From NCBI GenBank assembly GCA_051362555.1, contig CM120646.1, positions 4,278,001 to 4,342,000 on the forward strand: a DNA stretch of 64,000 nucleotides. Reading direction: 5' to 3'. The translations under genes and the position numbers were made by a program. This DNA is from Lingula anatina (Eukaryota > Animalia > Brachiopoda). The stretch's first letter is position 1; each line of letters opens with the position of its first letter. A model generated the notes under the pieces. That model saw nothing but the letters and a program-made list of their open reading frames with translations, ran no database searches and had not been told where the DNA came from. Below, piece after piece: positions 57,593 through 64,000 of this stretch.

Positions 57593-59041
57593 CAATAACC
57601 CATATACTCCACAGTTGAGGAATGAATGTAATTAATTCATCAACTGTATGTATGTTTTTGGAGTTTTTAGACGCGACAGCTGTCTGCGAAATGATTGGCC
57701 TACAGAGAACCAATCTAAGCGTTGGTTTATAAAGACACCGTTTTTTATGCATTACTACCTGCCTCTCATCTCTACACCTAAACCCTGGTCCCGGTGTAAC
57801 AGGAATGGGGGTACCCTAGGCACCATAGTCCATCTCCCATTACTTTGTACAGGTGACATTGAATTTCGTTCCATATACTAACCCCAATACTTGGATTAAC
57901 CCTGACCTGTACTTATCATATAGGAACCAGGACTTCCATTCCTAGGATTACCATTCCTGTCACGCCGACCATAATTCACGCCCTGACCCTAACAAATGTC
58001 ATTTATCCTAAATCATACTTAGTAAAGTTAAAGCTAGGTCTTTACTAATTTTATAATTTAAATGCAGTAGATGATTGAATCATGTGTTAGGACATTGCGA
58101 CAGCGGAGTCGAGTGTGATGCTACATTTTACAGAAAATACGGACAGCCTGCGAAAATATCGACAGCTGTGGAAGTCATGCGAGATATACAAAGATTATAT
58201 GGAAAATTTTCATACTTATATTATCTATAATATTGTAATCAAATTTATTGGATTCTGACAAAATTTGACATATTTTGAATTTGATTAAAAAGCAAGTCCA
58301 TCAATGACGAACGATTACTTAGTGGCAACTAAAGAAAAAAGAAGAAAAAAGAACTCAGACAACCCGCAGAGTTAAACCTCAATTGAACAGAAAGGTAACC
58401 TTTTAGAAGGCACGTGGCACACAGGACAGTGTTTACCTGGATAGCGTCTGCGATGCAGGTGGGAAAGAGCCAATTAAGCAACTCTATTCAAGTTATTTGC
58501 ATTAAGGTGAAGTATTGCATAACACAGTCGGTGCTTTGAGACATTAAAAAGGCATTTAATGAAGTTAAGTATTTAGGTCTCAAATTTAAACTCACGAATT
58601 AATCGTTTTAGACATGGTTAAAGAGTTGAAGTGAAAAAAAACCCAAAAAAACAAACGACATTTCATAAGCAAAAGATATGTAAGATACTTCTTTGAAAAC
58701 ATCATCCTAGCTGTTAAACAGTTTATATATTCAAACAACAAAATGTCTCATAGTCTTGAAACTGGAGTCATCAGAATATAAGAGTATGATAGGCAACATT
58801 GGTTAAAAAGAAATTAACGTATCATCCTTCTTTATCTTTCATAAATTTTATAAAAATTAATACATGTATAATGAGTAGGGCTCAAGGTTGAAGTAAATAG
58901 TTAGGTTTTGTCTTGTTTTGGTCCTCAGTCCTGATGGAGAGGGGAGGGGGGAAGGACAGTATCTAGGAAGATGATAATGACAGGTGCCCGTTGTGTCCGC
59001 TCTGGATCTGCTGTTAGCACAGCCTCCTGCTCGGTACGTTC

Positions 59042-61515
59042 TCAGAGAGATTTCGGAAAGAGGACATTCCAAAATTCCATTTTCCTCGGTTTCATATCCC
59101 GTTTTACGTTTGCTGACGTCATTCCTACCGTCCATTCCAAGTACTGCCTCCTGACGTCATCAATTCTTGGCCAGTGTGGCGTACCTGACGACATTGAAGG
59201 GGTTGGGGCGTTGGGGTTCCTAAAATGAAGATGATATACGATAAGATCAAGCCTTCTAGTTAAAAACATGCTATATGTGAGACCTAAACCACAGATTAAA
59301 AGAATCAATGATTAAATGCTAAACACATTTCGTTCTTATATTACTTTTTCATAACCACTCTATATATTGCCTTTAAAATATTCGTATATTTTTTGGCAAA
59401 CTTAGTGTTTGATTTTAAAATATAGTTAATTAAGTCTGAGCAGAAAATACGTTTAGAAAAGAGTATGCTATTCCATTTTTACAAGTGTGAAATATTGGGA
59501 GTGTTATGAACTGTAAATGTCCCAAAGTGATTACTTTTGCATCCGAGGACCTCCCCTTCAAATAATCCTGGATCCTCCCCTGAATATGCCATGATTTGAA
59601 CATTTAGACTGGATTTTTTTTCTATCAATATGGTGAGTTAGCCAGCCAATAGGAGCAGTCAAATTGACACCTACTCTCTTGTGATCTTTAGCGTTGCTAT
59701 CACAGTAAAAGTAGAAGAGCGCGAGTGAGTACTGCTAAGTAAACAAGGCAGTTCCTTCAAAAACGCCAAGAACAAATTAGCCGTTTTACCGGCAATTTAG
59801 ACCTTCCCATTGGTTAAAATGTAAAAATTGTTTCGAAAACTTAAACTTAAATTTTGCACATTTAGTGTTTTAACGTCTTTTAATATTTATTAGTTTATAC
59901 TTATTTTAGCAAATTTTATATACAGAAATTACATTCGCAAAAATGAAGTGTTATGAAACGAAACCAAGGGACACCTCGTGGACTAATATAAGCTGCATCT
60001 TATTTTATCATATTAAACTTACCCCGATCTGACGAAATTCCCTATGGCTGTCATGACTTGTTTACTCAGTTCCACTTCCTCCTCAGTTGGCTTGGTAGGG
60101 AACAGTGACGAGTCCAAAACGTCACCAAAGAAAAAATGCAGCTCTTCCATGTGAGAGGCACCATTAACGTAGTGAGGGTAAACCGAAAATGTGGGTTTGT
60201 GAACAAACTCATAAAAGTAAACACTGGAATTATCTGGCCACAGAAGAGCATGCTCCCATGCAGGGGCGAGGAAAAAGAAGTCATGCCACAATTCCAGCCA
60301 TGCCTCGTGGGACGTCTTCATGTCCGGTGATGTGTACTCAAATACTGCGACATCCATCATAAAGTCAGGCGCACCAGGGTAAAAAACGTCAACAAAGAAC
60401 TGTGCAAAATCCTTAGCTATCGTGTTGTTAGCTTCTGATTCATTTCCTGCGACACCAAACCAGACACCACTATCACGCCGACATGTTCCCAACATGTACT
60501 CGATTCCGTATGCATACCGACCCGGGTACTCTGTTACTTCTTTATCTATTATAATGTCGTCACCGTAAGGCAATAGAAGATTGGCCGAAAAAATGCTATC
60601 ACCTTTATATTGATAAAACGCCGACATCAACTCCTTGGTGGTTTTATGTCGAAGACAGGACACCATTTGCTGTCCGGTAGAAAGTGAACAGTTCAACAAG
60701 GAAGCGATATTCATGGTGTTCTGTACTGTCAATACTTTAAAGACTTTGTGTCCCCGAAGCACATGGGATCCTGCTGAAGCAATTGCCCGCTGAAACAGTC
60801 GTCGATTTCGCATTATTGGACTCACTGAAAGAAAGATGTCCACTGTCACGCCACCTGCCGATTCTCCGCCTAGAGTGACCCGTGATGGATCTCCACCAAA
60901 AGCCCGGATGTTGGTCTGAATCCATTCAAGCACTCGAACAGTGTCGAACATTCCGTAATTCCCCCCAAGTTCCGGTTCACCATTTGAAAGAAACCCAAAT
61001 ATGTTCAAACGATAATTGAATGAGATGACTATAATGTTACCTTGTAAAGCTAAGAAGGTACCGTTGTACTCGGTCCCAGATCCCCATTCATATTTCCCGC
61101 CATGTTTGAATACAAACACTGGGAGAGGATCATATCTGTTCGGTACCACCATGGTAGGAACATAGATATTCAGGAAAAGGCAGTTCTCGCTAATCTTCTG
61201 ATTTTGGATTCGGGCGCGTACAAATTCCTTGGGATAAATATGAGTAAGCTGCGTGGTGAATTTTTGTGGACAGCTTGGTCCGAAATATTCTGCACTTCTT
61301 ACGCCATCCCAGTTGTCGGGAGGTTCGGGTGGTTTCCAACGCAGTGGACCAACTGGTGGCTTGGCGTAGGGAACACCAAGAAACTGAATTACACGACCCA
61401 GAATGGTTCCTGCAGAAAATCCCCGTAAAATTCCATTATTAGTGCAGACAAATACTTCTTCAGAATTAACGGAGATGAAACAAAGACAGATCAGAAGGTT
61501 AACGGCGGAGGACAT
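59042..61515 (-). CDS. Type-B carboxylesterase, copy 4 (556 aa)
   Basis: ATG at 61515 (MSSAVNLL) aligns with the paralog starts. Exons 61515-60023 and 59219-59042; intron expanded to ~800 bp. Confidence 0.92.
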
Positions 61516-64000
61516 CTTTAGCTTCTCACCTACGTCATGCAACTGATTAAAGGCCAGCTTTATATTCCAATCTGTGCAGTAAAAATTGCACATTACTTGG
61601 TTTATCGCGCATACTAGTTTTATGTTTTTTGCCAACTATGTCAGGATACTCCTACTTGAACATTTAATGGTAAAGACTGCGAATTGTGGCGAAAAGGAAT
61701 TAGTACAACGCGTCGTTTTCCTTTCGAGAGCTTTTTAAACTCAATCGTCAATATTCACCCGGATAGACAGAGATGCTACAGAAAGAAGGTGAAATATTGG
61801 CGCTGTAAAACATTTTCAATATTAGCTCTCAACTGAAGAAAAATAGCTGCTAAAATTTAACATAAAAGCGCATGCCACTGCTGTTGAATTTATCTGAACC
61901 AGAAAATTATCAGCGGACAAATTCTGTCAGCTTTCATTTGCTGCCTCAACGCCCTTATCACACAGACAATTTTTCAGATCCAATCTCTTTCAAATTCCGC
62001 AAATCCTCGCATGACCTTACGCTTAGTAGCGAAACTTTATTTTTCTTGCTGTTGTTGCTATATGTATATTATAACCTTGAGAAGAAGGTTATGTTTTTGT
62101 TCCCGTTATTTGGTTAGTTAGTTCATTTTTTTGTTTATTTATTTGTCTGTTCGCATTAACGTTTATTTTCTTGTTCACTGCAATAGGGTTCTATAGTACC
62201 TGAATCCAGAGTTCAAATCACCATAACAAAAAAACTAGCAAGGGTACCTATAATTTTTTTAATGTTTATATGGATGCAAAAGTGTCAACTACGCATGTGA
62301 AATATCTAAGAAAAATCTATCAGACAGAAATATCACAAAAACATTACCATTAACGCGAAGTTTCTGTTAAAAACGAATATACAATTATGCTGTTTTGTTG
62401 TTTTTATACATTAATGTTTTCTCAACAGTATACAAGTAGAGTCTATGGCAGAGGCCAAGCCAATTGCCGGAATAGCAAGTGTTTTTCATAGTACTTTTTA
62501 TATTACTACTCCACGCATGGGGCTACAATCGTATTTCCTTGTTTTGAAAGCACTTTAAATAAAACACGAACTTTTAACTACCAAATGCTTCGATTCATAA
62601 TTTTAGTGAAAACATATACACACACACACTTTACCTTTAAATCCATCTAATTACGCGATTCCTTGTAATTAGATTTTATGTCCTAACATTAAAAAGACTG
62701 ACGCTAGTTCAGGGTTAATTAAAGACGCAAAGATGTAGCGGAATGCGTCCCTCTACGTGAGATTATTATGACAGTAGCTTAAATAGCTCCAACTTTAAAT
62801 GTGTGGTTTTCGTGTGAAGTGAAAGGAATAGTTGGACGAGCGACAATGACAGTGGTGGATAAACGTCTATATGTGCCTTTGACTGTGAAAAAGTAAAAGT
62901 TACTGGGCAGTTTTCTAAGGGTCTGGTGCTAAATCTTTATGCGATATTGAATAAATGCTACAAGATTTTAAATTTAATTTTTTAAAATTTTCTTCTCAGT
63001 TGGACTCATTTCCAAAGTCACCTTTCTTTACTTCACGCTCTAACGCAGGAAGTACTGTAAGAAAACCATCAAAATTGACGTAAGCAGACATACCATTGGC
63101 CTACTCCAAACCTGGTTTAGTACATGGAATACTACACGGGTAGCTGTCACATCAATAGGCCTAAAATGTCCATATGACATTATTTGTATACAGTAGACAC
63201 TACACTTGCCACGTTTTAAGTATGGAACAATTGGCCAAAAAAGTCTTAATTACGTAAACTAAACTAGTGGTAAACTAGGTTAACTAGTGGAATGACTCTC
63301 CCCAACTCCCCCCAACTCTCACACATCCCCGGCTGTGTGAGAGCGGCTGAAGATTTGAGTCTTCAAAATTATAATAAGTAACTGGGAAGAAAATTAATGT
63401 AGATATGTTGATACGACAATAATCAACTCATTATTTTTATTCTCTTTTGTCGTTTATGTTATTAGATTGTTTTAAAACAAAGTCATATCAAGTTCTTTGT
63501 TATTAAGTTAGACTCAAAAGGAGATTAAGATAGATCACGAATACGGAAATGTCGATTTTGTTAGGACTCATTTGATTCTGATCAAATGTTTGAAACTCGA
63601 CACATCTTGATCTGAATATTTTAATCTATGTAACTTAACACAATACACTGAAAAAATAAGCCCTGTGCCATAAAAGAAAGAAACAACACTCTTTCCTAAG
63701 GCGCGTGGTAGACAGCGTGATAACCGTTTTCATATGGAAAGCGTTTGTTGCGCAGGTGAGAATGAATTTTAATTTAACTTAAAAATGACTGAAATCATGC
63801 ATGTTCTTTGAATAAAGAATGATGAAGTATTTCCAAGTGTCATTAAATAGAATTATAGCTACTGCTTCGGTGCTTTTTGACATTTAATGTAGGTATTTAT
63901 TTAAATTTTAAGTGTTACATTAGGCGTTTAGAAAAAGAATACCACTGTATTTCTAATTACCAAAGAGGTTTATAACCAAGAGTGGGAGGGGGGGGGGGGG

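Noticed and set aside
58857-59041. Possible readthrough or hydrophobic extension after the esterase stop
   Set aside because: All four copies share the same TGA and the downstream sequences are not conserved between the pairs.
44862-61428. Conserved antisense and alternate-frame ORFs overlapping the esterases
   Set aside because: By-products of near-identical paralogous coding sequence.
61516-61635. 40-aa N-terminal extension of carboxylesterase 4
   Set aside because: Starts at a non-ATG codon; the paralog-aligned ATG and signal peptide begin at 61515.

Overview
AT-rich, intron-containing DNA from a bilaterian invertebrate (species not determinable from the sequence). (1) 1-21 kb: a tandem array of four paralogous immunoglobulin-superfamily receptor genes on the + strand. 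They share one exon plan: signal / V-type Ig / C2-type Ig / I-type Ig / Thr-rich stalk / TM / cytoplasmic exons. Their outputs differ. Copy A has a kinase-less tail with two YxxL motifs. Copy B has a MITE-disrupted leader and deleted Ig exons, but an intact stalk-TM-tyrosine kinase (Cad96Ca/RET-like) with an acidic TM residue and non-canonical catalytic motifs. Copy C has a one-YxxL tail. Copy D is predicted to be secreted. Paralog differences concentrate in CDR-like loops of the V domain. This array is the main candidate for an undescribed variable immune/recognition receptor system. (2) 22.4-30.5 kb: a ~1220-aa multi-zinc-finger gene (- strand). (3) 31-40 kb: transposon-rich DNA (3.4-kb TIR element, Polinton-like PolB relic, MITEs, decayed Tc1). 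(4) 40.8-42.2 kb: an intronless class A GPCR interrupted by one in-frame TGA. (5) 44.7-61.5 kb: four two-exon type-B carboxylesterase paralogs in convergent pairs with a patchwork (gene-conversion-like) similarity pattern. All gene models were built by eye from GT-AG sites and paralog alignment; no database searches were run.
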